A stretch of DNA of 62,068 nucleotides from Patescibacteria group bacterium (GCA_029260935.1 JAJDCJ010000015.1:1-62068), one strand, 5' to 3'; numbered from the stretch's first letter, positions 7,114 through 17,168 are shown. Numbers and translations: made by a program. The notes: generated by a model from the letters alone, not told the origin.

Positions 7114-7344
7114 ATGTATGTTCGGGTAGATGTGACGGCAGCGGCAAAGCGCGAGCGCTTTGCCGCTGTTTCTATAGACGCCTTCACTGTCTCAGTAAAA
7201 GAGCCGGCAGAGCGCAACATGGCAAACAAACGCGTTGTACAGTTGGTAGCCGAACATTTTAATCTACCACCAAGGGCAGTGCGGATTATCAGTGGACACC
7301 ACTCGCCCCGTAAAATTCTCTCAGTTACCCAAGCAAAAGGGTAA
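7114..7344 (+). CDS. DUF167/YggU family protein
   Basis: VKEPAERNMAN, IISGHHSPRK. Confidence 0.85.
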   Translation: MYVRVDVTAAAKRERFAAVSIDAFTVSVKEPAERNMANKRVVQLVAEHFNLPPRAVRIISGHHSPRKILSVTQAKG

Positions 7345-7358
7345 GATATACTACATAT

Positions 7359-7724
7359 ATGGAAATAAAAACAAAAGTCACCGGTTCAGTGGTTATGAGT
7401 GATGAACTGGCAGTATATATAACTAATAAACTTGAAAAAATCACCATCTTTCTAAAAAAAGACCCTACTGCTATTTTTGAAGTTGAAGTAGGAACGACCG
7501 CAGGCGGTCAGCGCACCGGTGATGTGTATCGCGCGGAAATCCACGCAACGTTCGCCGGCGGTGATGTATATGCAGAGTCAACGGCAGCAAACCTCCACCT
7601 TGCAATTGACCGCACAATAAAAGAAGCACGCCGTGAGTTTAAAAAAAGACGCGGCAAAAACAATGATGCGATGCGAAAAGGAGCAATACAGGTGAAAGAC
7701 TTCTTCCGCAATTTTGGGAAATAA
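7359..7724 (+). CDS. hpf: Ribosome hibernation factor (HPF/RaiA)
   Basis: S30AE pattern YITNKL...LHLAID. Confidence 0.8.
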   Translation: MEIKTKVTGSVVMSDELAVYITNKLEKITIFLKKDPTAIFEVEVGTTAGGQRTGDVYRAEIHATFAGGDVYAESTAANLHLAIDRTIKEARREFKKRRGKNNDAMRKGAIQVKDFFRNFGK

Positions 7725-7734
7725 AGGACGCTCC

Positions 7735-7995
7735 GGGCGATGATAGTTTCAGAACCCTGCCTGCCCTCCTGCGCGAGTTTCTGAAACTGTCATCGCCCTT
7801 CCACTAAGGTGTAGAAACTCCGTGTTCTGCGGCCGCCAAAATCATCACTACCCTACGTTAGAGTTGGAGGAATTGTGTGCTTGGCTAGGCTGTCTAACTA
7901 CCCAAACAGGCCTAGCAAAACAGTGATTTTGTAGACTGAGCGATACTTGCTTCGCTAAGATAAACGGCTCATTCTTAAGAATGAGCCGTTTATCT
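7735..7995. other. Highly structured intergenic element (candidate ncRNA or REP-like insert)
   Basis: 20-bp stem 7735-7754/7779-7798, nested stems 7837-7931, perfect 38-bp palindrome 7958-7995. Confidence 0.55.
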
Positions 7996-8025
7996 GAAGG
8001 ACGATTTTTCAGCTAGGCGGAAAAA

Positions 8026-8910
8026 CTAGACGCGTGTAAAATCTTTATAATCCATTTCATTTTTTCCTTCAGGAACAACACGCAGTGGGGTAAATAATTC
8101 ATCTTTGTACTCAGCTGTAACAATCTTTACGCGCACTTTTTTACCATTCTGTTCTGCAAAAAAGTACGTTCCAGGCCACCCATCGTAGGCACTGTATTTT
8201 AAATAATTAGTACGTGCATTGCCATCAAGGGAAATTTCGCCGTCCGCTTTCTCTATTTTTTTTGTAAATGTTGCGTTGCTATGGTCTTGCTCTTGAGGAG
8301 TGATATCTCCTTGTAGCCACTCAGGGATCACCTCAACGAGTAACTGTCCGCCGATGTCTGCAAGGAGGGCCGTCAATGTCTTTGAAGACAAGGGCCACTC
8401 CGTGTGTGCGGGTACATCATCAGGAGTAACTGACGCTTGGGCAACAATAGGGCCGTGGTCTAGTTCTTCGTCCAGTAACATAATAGACACACCGACTTCT
8501 TTTTCATCGTTGAGTATTTGGTTTTCAATAGGGGAGGCACCACGGAACTTTGGTAAAAGAGAAGGGTGAATATTCAGTGTTCCTTTGTGGGGAATGTCTA
8601 ACACACTTTTCGGAATAAGAGCACCATATGCAGAAACAATAAACAGGTCCCATTCAGAGTTTTTTAAAAGAGAAACAGTCTCATTTTCATCCTTGAGAGA
8701 GTCAGGTTGTAATACAGGAATCTCATTCTCCTCACCCCATTTCTTAACGGGTGAACTCTGGAGCTCCATGCCACGACCGGCTGGTTTGTCAGGGGTGGTG
8801 ACAATAATATCGGGGGAGAGCCCCGCTTCTTTCAGCGCCTCAAGGGTGTGTACCGCAAACTCCGGTGTACCAAAAAACCCCAGATTGAAATCTTTCAGTT
8901 TTTTGCTCAT
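8026..8910 (-). CDS. fmt: Methionyl-tRNA formyltransferase
   Basis: FFGTPEFA, NIHPSLLPKFRGASP, ELDHGP. Confidence 0.95.
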   Translation of the reverse strand: MSKKLKDFNLGFFGTPEFAVHTLEALKEAGLSPDIIVTTPDKPAGRGMELQSSPVKKWGEENEIPVLQPDSLKDENETVSLLKNSEWDLFIVSAYGALIPKSVLDIPHKGTLNIHPSLLPKFRGASPIENQILNDEKEVGVSIMLLDEELDHGPIVAQASVTPDDVPAHTEWPLSSKTLTALLADIGGQLLVEVIPEWLQGDITPQEQDHSNATFTKKIEKADGEISLDGNARTNYLKYSAYDGWPGTYFFAEQNGKKVRVKIVTAEYKDELFTPLRVVPEGKNEMDYKDFTRV

Positions 8911-8997
8911 GTAAACACTATAACGTTTTCTTGTAACAAACTTTTAATATCTTTAAAGATTTGTTGAGATTCAAACGGGGCAGGAACGCTTGAGTAA

Positions 8998-9537
8998 TTA
9001 GTCATAATCTATAAAAGTGCCGTCAGGGAGCGTTTTTTTAAGGTCTGTTGCATGGTCTATAAAGAGAACACCATTCAAATGGTCTACTTCATGTTGAAAA
9101 ATTTCTGCTAACAATTCACTACCACCACGTTGAAACTTTTTCCCGCTCGCGTCATGCGCCACCACGGTGACTTTCTCAGCACGCTCAATCGTGCCATACA
9201 CATTAGGGACCGACAGACACCCCTCTCCCGTAACAGATATTTTTTTTCGTGACGAGTTTACTATTTTTGGATTTATAAAAACTACATCAGGGTCATCATC
9301 ATTGCGCTCATTACCGGCGACCACAAAACCACGCACCGTAAAAATCCGATACGACACACCTATTTGGGGAGCGGCGATTGCAACACCAAATTCTGCACTT
9401 CTCAGTGATGCCTCCATAGCAGAAAGAATACCAGTGAGTTCTTTAGTGCCAAACAGTTCCTTTGGTACCTCAGGTGCCACCACTCTTAAAACTGGTGCAC
9501 CCGCAGTTACAATAGGGGTTGGATGTGTATCTTTCAT
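8998..9537 (-). CDS. def: Peptide deformylase
   Basis: GVAIAAPQIG, EGCLS, QHEVDHLNG. Confidence 0.95.
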   Translation of the reverse strand: MKDTHPTPIVTAGAPVLRVVAPEVPKELFGTKELTGILSAMEASLRSAEFGVAIAAPQIGVSYRIFTVRGFVVAGNERNDDDPDVVFINPKIVNSSRKKISVTGEGCLSVPNVYGTIERAEKVTVVAHDASGKKFQRGGSELLAEIFQHEVDHLNGVLFIDHATDLKKTLPDGTFIDYD

Positions 9538-9577
9538 ATGAGGTAAATGTACTACATCTGGCACGTATTTTAAATGG

Positions 9578-9840
9578 ATGTAGCTGTCCGACAGCTACAT
9601 TTTTTCCATCCCCTCCACCCAACATATGGACACGGCGTGTCCATATGTTGGGTGGGTAACACTATAACTCACACTCTGTACGCTCTGTGTCTATACGATT
9701 TCGTCGGGGTCGACAGCACTGTGCCATTTATTGCTTACACAGAAATGTAGCTGATGTAGCTGTCGGACAGCTACATTTTTTCTACATTTTTCCAGCTTTC
9801 AGTTCTCCAAAAACTAGGACATCGGATGTCGGACATCCGA
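9578..9840. repeat. REP cluster: family A at 9578-9600 and 9754-9776, 41-bp palindrome 9615-9655, palindrome 9822-9840
   Basis: atgtagctgtc(c/g)gacagctacat twice; ccacccaacatatggacacg-g-cgtgtccatatgttgggtgg; tcggatgtc-g-gacatccga. Confidence 0.9.
9691..9717 (-). pseudogene. Duplicate priA 3' end (AVDPDEIV*)
   Basis: gtc gac ccc gac gaa atc gta tag vs priA gtt gat ccc gac gag att gta tag. Confidence 0.8.
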
Positions 9841-9856
9841 ATATTTATTCGTTTTT

Positions 9857-11767
9857 CTATACAATCTCGTCGGGATCAACTGAAACGTGTACTTCAGGTG
9901 GAAGTGATAAAAGCTCACCGCGGAGTGTGTGGTGAGGCCACTTTCCTGACTCAAGGCGAATAACGGCGCGTGCGATGTATCGGTTTTTTCCAATATATCG
10001 TGGTGGCAGGGGCCCAATAATTTCCCAATCTTTAAGGACGTCACGAACGATTTCGTTTGTTTTTTCAATAGCCCTTTCGGTGCCAGTCCAGGTCAGTCCA
10101 ATAAATGTAGTAAATGGTGGATAGCCAAACTGCTCACGTTCTTTTAATTCTTCTCGTATAAAGTCAGTCGGATTACCTGAGGCAAGAGCACGCATGACAG
10201 AACTGTCGGCGTTGCGCGTTTGAACGAAGAGTGGCCCTTGGGTGTGGTCGCGTAAGTAGAAAAGTGTAGTGAGTGCGTACTCATGCGCACGCCACGCCGA
10301 AATTGAAAGAAGTGAGTCAATTGAGGCGACTACTGAAAGGTCAACCGGTTCGGTCAGATACGGAAGTGCCCGCTCTGTCCCTATCAACAGTGCACCTGAT
10401 ATTTCAAAAAATTGTTTCTGTATTTTTTTCGCCTTGCTGTGTGTTGACGCATTGTCAGCCGTGATTGAAAATACCTGATACTTTTTAAATAATTTTTGCG
10501 CCTCATCAATCACTCTCTCAACACCAATACCTAAACTCACCAAATTCCAACTAGTACACTGTTTGCATGAAATATTCGCAGGCACTACCGCACCCGAGCG
10601 GTATGACATAAATACGTTCCCTTTTTCAGTTTTATGTAATGTCATTGGAGTATCACTACTAGGATCGGTAATAGGAGTGCCACAGTCATTACATACAGTC
10701 AGCGGCGCCAGTCCTTTACGTTGTGCAAAGACAAACACACGCCCACCACGTTCTAACTCTTTTCGTATAGCGTGTTCTGCCTGCTCAGTAAATACACTAA
10801 ACGGTCTCTTTTTTTTTGGTATTTGGTTTTCGGTCTCTTTTTTTCGCGCGTCAATAATACTCACGGGGGTTCTGTTTTGTGCTGAAACTTGCATACGCAT
10901 GAGCTCCTCAAGTTCGCCCCTTTGGAGTCTGTTGCGTGTGGTGACGCGCAGAGGGAAGTCAGCATAAATAATTCGTGCTCCTTGTTTTTTGGCTATATAT
11001 TCTGCCGTTATGCGCGCATCAATGGCATTCTGTTCAAACCCTCTATAGGTGCGGGCACTTTCTCTTTCAATAATATATGCACCGACGTTAGATCGTGGAA
11101 TCGCTAAGAAAGAAGGGGTAGTAACAATAAGGAGTGGTTCAGGGTCAGTCGTTGCGCGATTCCAAATAGAGAGTATTGCCTTTTTTGTTATTGAGGAAGT
11201 AATTAACACAACTTGTTCTTCAATACCGCGATGCAGTTTTTCATATAAGTTTTCAGCTTCAATACTAGTGGGTGCAATAAGGATAATTGATGTACCACGA
11301 GCAAATGCTTCGCGTGCAATGTTGCGATACATACGCACACGTTCTTCTGATTCAGCTTGAAGTACCAGTGCATCCGATGTGGTTTCAACTCTTTCTTCTG
11401 TAACGGGGGCGTTATTAATTTTATCCAAAGAGTCAGTAATAACGCTCGGTGTGAAGTGCGCAAGCAGTGCGCCAATAGGGAGTGCGTGGTAGATGGCACT
11501 ATCGCGTAATCCCTCAAGTATGGCGGAGGGAAGAACGCGCTTACTCGTTCGTGATGTTATTTTTTTAAGCGCGAAAGAGCTTTCGCGAAGTTCTTGCCGT
11601 TCCGTGCGCACATCAGTGATTGATACCACCACGGCAGGAGTTGCCTTACCGCGAACCGGCACCGTAACGACAGAGCCCACTTCAAACTTTGTTTTTGAAA
11701 AAAAGGATAGTGTTCCTTTTAAACCCCTTTTGCTCATTGGAGTAACTTGGACAACAAACATATGCAC
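9857..11767 (-). CDS. priA: Primosomal protein N', degenerate helicase motifs
   Basis: 3'BD N-terminus, CNDC/CKQC, GIGVERV, GYPPF, IIGPLP, VDP C-terminus. Confidence 0.88.
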   Translation of the reverse strand: MHMFVVQVTPMSKRGLKGTLSFFSKTKFEVGSVVTVPVRGKATPAVVVSITDVRTERQELRESSFALKKITSRTSKRVLPSAILEGLRDSAIYHALPIGALLAHFTPSVITDSLDKINNAPVTEERVETTSDALVLQAESEERVRMYRNIAREAFARGTSIILIAPTSIEAENLYEKLHRGIEEQVVLITSSITKKAILSIWNRATTDPEPLLIVTTPSFLAIPRSNVGAYIIERESARTYRGFEQNAIDARITAEYIAKKQGARIIYADFPLRVTTRNRLQRGELEELMRMQVSAQNRTPVSIIDARKKETENQIPKKKRPFSVFTEQAEHAIRKELERGGRVFVFAQRKGLAPLTVCNDCGTPITDPSSDTPMTLHKTEKGNVFMSYRSGAVVPANISCKQCTSWNLVSLGIGVERVIDEAQKLFKKYQVFSITADNASTHSKAKKIQKQFFEISGALLIGTERALPYLTEPVDLSVVASIDSLLSISAWRAHEYALTTLFYLRDHTQGPLFVQTRNADSSVMRALASGNPTDFIREELKEREQFGYPPFTTFIGLTWTGTERAIEKTNEIVRDVLKDWEIIGPLPPRYIGKNRYIARAVIRLESGKWPHHTLRGELLSLPPEVHVSVDPDEIV

Positions 11768-11845
11768 AGTTTATATGTTTTATTGGATAGGGTACACCCC
11801 CCGCTATTATGCCAAAGCTAGGGTCGGGGGTATAATTGAGAAATT

Positions 11846-13126
11846 ATGAATATGTTTGTAGTTGATGGGCTCTCAGGAAAAGCATCACTTTCAGGTGAGG
11901 TTTCAATTGAAGGAGCAAAAAACGCAGCGCTTCCTATTATGGCAGCGGCGCTGGTTGTGTCAGGCGAAACAGTCCTTACGAATGTTCCTGACATAGCAGA
12001 TGTTGCTTCAATGAGCACTCTTCTTGAAGGGGTGGGTGCATATGTTACCTGCAAAGACGGTCAGTGTTCAATTAGAACGCAGGATGTCAATCGTTCAGTA
12101 CTGGACCCCACCATAGCAAAATTATTACGCGCCAGTGTTTTACTTACCGGCTCAGTTCTTGCGCGAGTGGGGAAGGTGGTCTTTCCACATCCGGGTGGGT
12201 GTGTTCTCGGCTCTCGGCCCATTGATATTTTCTTAGAAGGTTTTGAAAAGTTAGGATGCACTATTTCAGAAAGGCACGATGCCTACACCATCACGGCAGA
12301 AAATGGTATTGAAGGTGGTGAAATTTTCTTCAAAACAATCTCAGTTACTGCAACTGAGACATTTATGATTGCATCAACAAAAGCAAAAGCTCCGGTCGTG
12401 CTTAAAAATTGTGCAATGGAGCCTGAAATTGTGGCAACCGCTGAATATCTAGAGGCATGTGGTGCACGCATAGAAGGCGCGGGCACATCCACTATCACCA
12501 TTCACCCCTCACATCTTGAAGCACCACCCGATCTAGTGCGTATTATTCCAGACCGTATTGAGGCGGGAAGTTTCCTTCTTCTCGGCGCACTTCTAGGAAA
12601 AAAAATAACATTACGCAACTGTGAGCCAAAACACCTTGAAGCAGTTACTGAAACACTTCGTTCAATGGGGGTTACCATTACCACCACCTTTAACACTATG
12701 TCAGTGTCTGCGCCAAGCACACTAACCGGTGTTTCTATTCGTACGCATGAATATCCTGGTTTCCCAACTGACTTACAGGCGCCGTTTGCAGTACTTCTTA
12801 CTCAGGCAAAAGGGGAAAGCTCAATACTAGAAACTGTTTTTGATGGGCGATTAAATTATCTGCAAGATCTTTCTAGTATGGGAGCTCACGCACAGGTATG
12901 GAATCCGCATAAAGCCACTATAAAAGGACCAACGCCACTCAAGGCCCGCGATATTGATGGACCTGATATTCGCGCAGGACTTGCGTTTCTGTTGGCAGCT
13001 GCTGTTGCTGAAGGAAAATCAAAAGTAGGTAACGCACACCTTATAGACCGCGGATATGAACGTATTGAAGATAAACTTGCATCTCTCGGACTTCCCATAC
13101 AGCGCATTACCCATACCCACGATTGA
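11846..13126 (+). CDS. murA: UDP-GlcNAc 1-carboxyvinyltransferase
   Basis: GAKNAALP, PGGCVLGSRPID, YPGFPTDLQ, IDRGYE. Confidence 0.97.
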   Translation: MNMFVVDGLSGKASLSGEVSIEGAKNAALPIMAAALVVSGETVLTNVPDIADVASMSTLLEGVGAYVTCKDGQCSIRTQDVNRSVLDPTIAKLLRASVLLTGSVLARVGKVVFPHPGGCVLGSRPIDIFLEGFEKLGCTISERHDAYTITAENGIEGGEIFFKTISVTATETFMIASTKAKAPVVLKNCAMEPEIVATAEYLEACGARIEGAGTSTITIHPSHLEAPPDLVRIIPDRIEAGSFLLLGALLGKKITLRNCEPKHLEAVTETLRSMGVTITTTFNTMSVSAPSTLTGVSIRTHEYPGFPTDLQAPFAVLLTQAKGESSILETVFDGRLNYLQDLSSMGAHAQVWNPHKATIKGPTPLKARDIDGPDIRAGLAFLLAAAVAEGKSKVGNAHLIDRGYERIEDKLASLGLPIQRITHTHD

Positions 13127-13196
13127 CGCCCTACATCAGTTGCAAAACACAGGCATACTCTCTTTCCACGCACTTTTGCTATACTATGCCTAACGT

Positions 13197-14213
13197 ATGA
13201 ACATGTCTTTCTTTTCTCCAAAGCTAGGGATTGACCTTGGCACCACCACTACACTGGTTTATGTGCCGGGAATTGGTGTGGTACTTAATGAACCTTCAGT
13301 TGTTGCGGTGTCCCAAAATGACCGCTCTATTTTAGCCATTGGAACTCAGGCAAAGGAAATGATTGGGCGCACTCCTGAGTCAATCATTGCGTACCGTCCC
13401 ATGAAAGACGGCGTCATTGCAGACTACCGTGTGACTGAAGCTATGCTCAAACACTATATTAAAAAGGCACTCGGCAGGTGGAACTTATTTAAGCCGGACG
13501 TTATTGTCTCGGTTCCTGCAGGTGTTACGTCAACGGAGAGACGTGCGGTTGTTGAAGCGGCACTCAGGGCGGGCGCCAAAAACGCCTTTGTTATTAAAGA
13601 GCCGATACTGGCTGCAATTGGCGCTGGTATTCCTATTCATGAACCACGTGGCTACATGATCGTTGACATAGGCGGTGGCACCACGGACGCCGCAGTTATC
13701 TCGCTCGGCGGGATCGTTGCCTCAACGTCAGTTAAATGTGCGGGCAACAGAATAGACCAATCAATCATTGATTATATTAAAAAAACATACAACCTCGCAA
13801 TCGGTGACAAGACCGCCGAGGATATTAAAATTCAGATAGGATCCGCGGTGCCTCTTGAAGAGGAACTTTCAATTACTATAAAAGGAAGAGACCTTCTGTC
13901 AGGATTACCACGGACGGCAACGGTGGAAACAAATGAAATTGTGCGCGCTATCTCCCGCAACCTCAGAGAAATGATAAAAGCAATGCGCAACGTCTTACAG
14001 GAGACACCACCGGAGCTGGCAGCCGACATTATTGACCATGGCATCATAATGACGGGTGGCACCAGTCAGCTCAGGCACTTACCTGAACTGGTTTTTCGCA
14101 GGACAGGCGTGCCGGCAACACTGGCAGATGACGCCGTCTTCTGTGTTGCCAAAGGTACCGGTATCACACTTGAGCATCTTGATGTGTATAAAAAAACGGT
14201 CACCAATAAATAA
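13197..14213 (+). CDS. mreB: Rod shape protein MreB/Mbl paralog
   Basis: GIDLGT, NEPSVVA, DIGGGTT. Confidence 0.95.
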   Translation: MNMSFFSPKLGIDLGTTTTLVYVPGIGVVLNEPSVVAVSQNDRSILAIGTQAKEMIGRTPESIIAYRPMKDGVIADYRVTEAMLKHYIKKALGRWNLFKPDVIVSVPAGVTSTERRAVVEAALRAGAKNAFVIKEPILAAIGAGIPIHEPRGYMIVDIGGGTTDAAVISLGGIVASTSVKCAGNRIDQSIIDYIKKTYNLAIGDKTAEDIKIQIGSAVPLEEELSITIKGRDLLSGLPRTATVETNEIVRAISRNLREMIKAMRNVLQETPPELAADIIDHGIIMTGGTSQLRHLPELVFRRTGVPATLADDAVFCVAKGTGITLEHLDVYKKTVTNK

Positions 14214-14229
14214 TTTCATTTTCTATACC

Positions 14230-14883
14230 ATGGACCCTTTTGAGTATCTCATCAATACAGAAGAGTTAGCACACTCATATATAGTGCGCGGAGACGTTGA
14301 GGAAGTGTATGCACCACTAACCAATCTGATTTCAAAAAGAGAGTTTGAGGGAAAGGGGAGTGTTGATTTTATGCACGGCATCTATGAAAGTTTCGGTGTT
14401 GACGAAAGTCGCGCTATCGTCTCATTTGCGTCATTGCGCCCAATAGGGAGTCGCAAAGTTATTCTCATCGCGGCCCACTCAATGACGGCAGAAGCACAGC
14501 ACGGTCTCCTCAAAGCGACAGAGGAGGGGATAGGGCATACACATTTCTTTTTTGTGTTTGAAGTTGGCGCTCCCGTATTACCCACACTACTGTCTCGGAG
14601 TGTGGTGCTCAAAACTGACGGTGATCAAGTTGGAAAAGAACATTCTCTTGGTAAAGAGTTTTTAGAAAAAACCTATCCAGAGCGACTCACATATGTAGAA
14701 AAGCTCGCAAAAGAACAAAACAGGAACGAGGCACGTGCAGTTATTACTTCACTTCTGTACACGGCAAACAGTGCACACTATAATGCACACACACTCCGTG
14801 ATTTACTTGAGGCGCATCAGCATCTCACCCTTACCGGATCATCAATAAAAAGCGTGTTGGGGCACGTGGCGTTAGTGTTGTAA
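14230..14883 (+). CDS. holB: DNA polymerase III delta'-like subunit (shortened)
   Basis: MTAEAQHGLLKATEE, LPTLLSRS. Confidence 0.75.
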   Translation: MDPFEYLINTEELAHSYIVRGDVEEVYAPLTNLISKREFEGKGSVDFMHGIYESFGVDESRAIVSFASLRPIGSRKVILIAAHSMTAEAQHGLLKATEEGIGHTHFFFVFEVGAPVLPTLLSRSVVLKTDGDQVGKEHSLGKEFLEKTYPERLTYVEKLAKEQNRNEARAVITSLLYTANSAHYNAHTLRDLLEAHQHLTLTGSSIKSVLGHVALVL

Positions 14884-14892
14884 TACTGTTTG

Positions 14893-15069
14893 TTATTTTT
14901 TTCTATCAATAACATTTCTAACTGCAATAAACAGTCCTCCGACGATAGAAATAAGTATGAACACTTCACCACTAAAGAGTACCCATTCTTCAGGACCCCA
15001 CGTGTCAAAGTCAGCGAATATAATGTCCAAAACACTCCGTGACCCTTCTTGGTATGATTCATTTTCCAT
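14893..15069 (-). CDS. 58-aa single-TM micro-protein MENESYQEG...
   Basis: Hand translation; TATAAT immediately upstream; fills the gap. Confidence 0.6.
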   Translation of the reverse strand: MENESYQEGSRSVLDIIFADFDTWGPEEWVLFSGEVFILISIVGGLFIAVRNVIDRKK

Positions 15070-15151
15070 ACCCTCTATTATACCTCCACACTGTATCGCA
15101 TGCTCTGAAAATGCTTTTCCTTATGTCCTCTTTCCCGTATACTGCTTCTAT

Positions 15152-15691
15152 ATGGCATACAACACAACACAATTACAAAAAAGCATTAACGAAACAAAGC
15201 TATGGTTTGAAGAGGAGCTTAGCTCACTGAGGACTGGGCGCGCTACTCCAACACTCCTTGATGGTGTGTCGCTTGAAGTGTACGGTAGTCGGGTTAAATT
15301 GAATCAGGTAGCAACTATTTTAGTTGAAGACGCACGCAGTTTGTATGTTTCCCCATATGACACTGAGCAGATAAAACTTATTGAAAAGGCAGTCACTGTT
15401 GCCGACCTCGGTGTATCGGTAGGGTCAGATGAAAGAGGGGTGCGTGTTTCTTTTCCTGAGTTAACCGCAGAGCGCAGACAACAGCTTATTAAGATACTGA
15501 AAGGGAAGCATGAAGAGGCGCGAATTGCACTCAAACAAAAAAGAACGGAGGCAATCAGCACACTTGAAAAAGAACAGTTAAGTGAAGATGAGGTACGTGA
15601 CGGAAAAAGTGATATTCAAAAAATTATTGACGACGGCAATAAAGTACTTGAGGACATTGCCGATAAAAAAGAAAAAGATTTAAGCTCATAA
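15152..15691 (+). CDS. frr: Ribosome recycling factor
   Basis: LRTGRATP, PELTAERR; start at MAYNT. Confidence 0.95.
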   Translation: MAYNTTQLQKSINETKLWFEEELSSLRTGRATPTLLDGVSLEVYGSRVKLNQVATILVEDARSLYVSPYDTEQIKLIEKAVTVADLGVSVGSDERGVRVSFPELTAERRQQLIKILKGKHEEARIALKQKRTEAISTLEKEQLSEDEVRDGKSDIQKIIDDGNKVLEDIADKKEKDLSS

Positions 15692-15704
15692 AGTAACTCT
15701 ATCT

Positions 15705-15884
15705 ATGGAAGGTTTTTTACAAAGAGAATATTGTAGGGAAGTATCAGAGCGATGGTCGTGTGATACGTGTCAGAAAGTCCACACAAAGACTGTTAAGGAG
15801 ACACGAATCAAAAAGATAGATTCATCTGTAAAACAGACGTGCCCACGGTGTAATTGCAAAACAAAGCATACGAAGGTTGCGTAA
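15705..15884 (+). CDS. 59-aa zinc-ribbon protein, L33-like
   Basis: CDTC...KQTCPRCNCKTKH; hand translation; fills the frr-rseP gap. Confidence 0.6.
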   Translation: MEGFLQREYCREVSERWSCDTCQKVHTKTVKETRIKKIDSSVKQTCPRCNCKTKHTKVA

Positions 15885-15887
15885 TAT

Positions 15888-16985
15888 ATGACAGTATTTA
15901 TCTTTATTGCCGTCTTAGTTGTTCTCATTGTTGGCCATGAAATGGGGCATTTTTTTGCGGCAAAGTGGATGAAGATGCGTGTGCTTGAGTTCGGTGTTGG
16001 TTTTCCACCAAAAATTTTCGGGAAGAGGTTTAAAAAAGACGGTACTGAATACACCCTTAACTGGATACCTTTTGGTGGATTTGTGCGCATTCTTGGGGAA
16101 GACCCAAAAGATGCTGAAGATCCAGATGCTTTTACAAAAAAGTCACCCTTAGCACAAGCGTTCGTTCTCTTCGCCGGCCCCTTTGCAAACATTGTATTGG
16201 CACTTGTCTTATCATCGGTTGCATTTATGATAGGGGCGCCCACTATCGTAGACTCGCTTGAAGGGAATGAACAGGTACATGACACACGTGTACTTATTGG
16301 TGTGGTGCTCCCTGACTCGCCGGCAGGCAACGCAGGAATTGAAGTGGGTGATGAAGTAGTTTCATTTACAGTAGATGGCACTGTTCAAAAAGTTATAAAC
16401 TCAGAGCACATAAGCGAGGCGGTTCTTCAGTCGTTGGATCCGGTTACTCTCGTTGTCAAAAGAGATGGTAGAGAGCTTCCTTTTGAAGTAGTTGCTGTTT
16501 CCGGTTTAGTTGAGGAAGAGCCAGAACGTCGCGCTATTGGCATTTCAACGGCACTCGTCGGCACTGTTTCCTATGGGCCGTTTGAAGCAGTCGCTCGCGC
16601 ATTCACTAGAACCATAGACAACCTTATCTTTATTACCATTTCTCTTGTGGGACTTTTGGCAAGTGCAGTCACTCTTTCAGCTGACGTCTCGCAAGTGGCC
16701 GGCCCCATTGGTATTGCAGGACTCACCGGGCAGGCAGCCGCATTTGGCTTTGGTTCATTGCTTAGTTTTGCAGCACTCCTTTCTATCAACCTTGGGATTA
16801 TTAACCTATTCCCGTTTCCAGCGCTTGATGGCGGGAGGCTTCTTTTCCTTGGTATTGAAAGTATCTCACGCAGAAAAATCCCTTCGGGGGTTGCCGCTTC
16901 AATCAATACCGTTGGTTTTGGGCTCCTTATTCTCCTCATGATTGCCGTGACCGTGGGGGATATAGGCCGTATTTTTAATATGTAG
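15888..16985 (+). CDS. rseP: Site-2 (M50) metalloprotease with PDZ domain
   Basis: HEMGH, NLFPFPALDGG. Confidence 0.93.
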   Translation: MTVFIFIAVLVVLIVGHEMGHFFAAKWMKMRVLEFGVGFPPKIFGKRFKKDGTEYTLNWIPFGGFVRILGEDPKDAEDPDAFTKKSPLAQAFVLFAGPFANIVLALVLSSVAFMIGAPTIVDSLEGNEQVHDTRVLIGVVLPDSPAGNAGIEVGDEVVSFTVDGTVQKVINSEHISEAVLQSLDPVTLVVKRDGRELPFEVVAVSGLVEEEPERRAIGISTALVGTVSYGPFEAVARAFTRTIDNLIFITISLVGLLASAVTLSADVSQVAGPIGIAGLTGQAAAFGFGSLLSFAALLSINLGIINLFPFPALDGGRLLFLGIESISRRKIPSGVAASINTVGFGLLILLMIAVTVGDIGRIFNM

Positions 16986-17009
16986 ACAGTTGTGGTATAC
17001 TGTTTGTAT

Positions 17010-17168
17010 ATGATTAATGAAGGATTACAACAAAGATTTGAAACAGACGAAGAAAGGGAGACAAATTTCAGTGTTCCTGAATATGGCTCTAAATCGGAGG
17101 TTATCACACTGGCTGTACTGTCGGTGCTTCTGGGTCTTACTATTGCTTGGCTGGTTATTGATTATTGA
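17010..17168 (+). CDS. 52-aa micro-protein with C-terminal TM
   Basis: Hand translation MINEGLQQRF...; extended -10 TGGTATACT upstream. Confidence 0.55.
   Translation: MINEGLQQRFETDEERETNFSVPEYGSKSEVITLAVLSVLLGLTIAWLVIDY

Noticed and set aside
14957..15151. N-terminal extension of RRF
   Set aside because: True start is probably 15152; the region is better explained by a minus-strand micro-ORF and divergent promoters.
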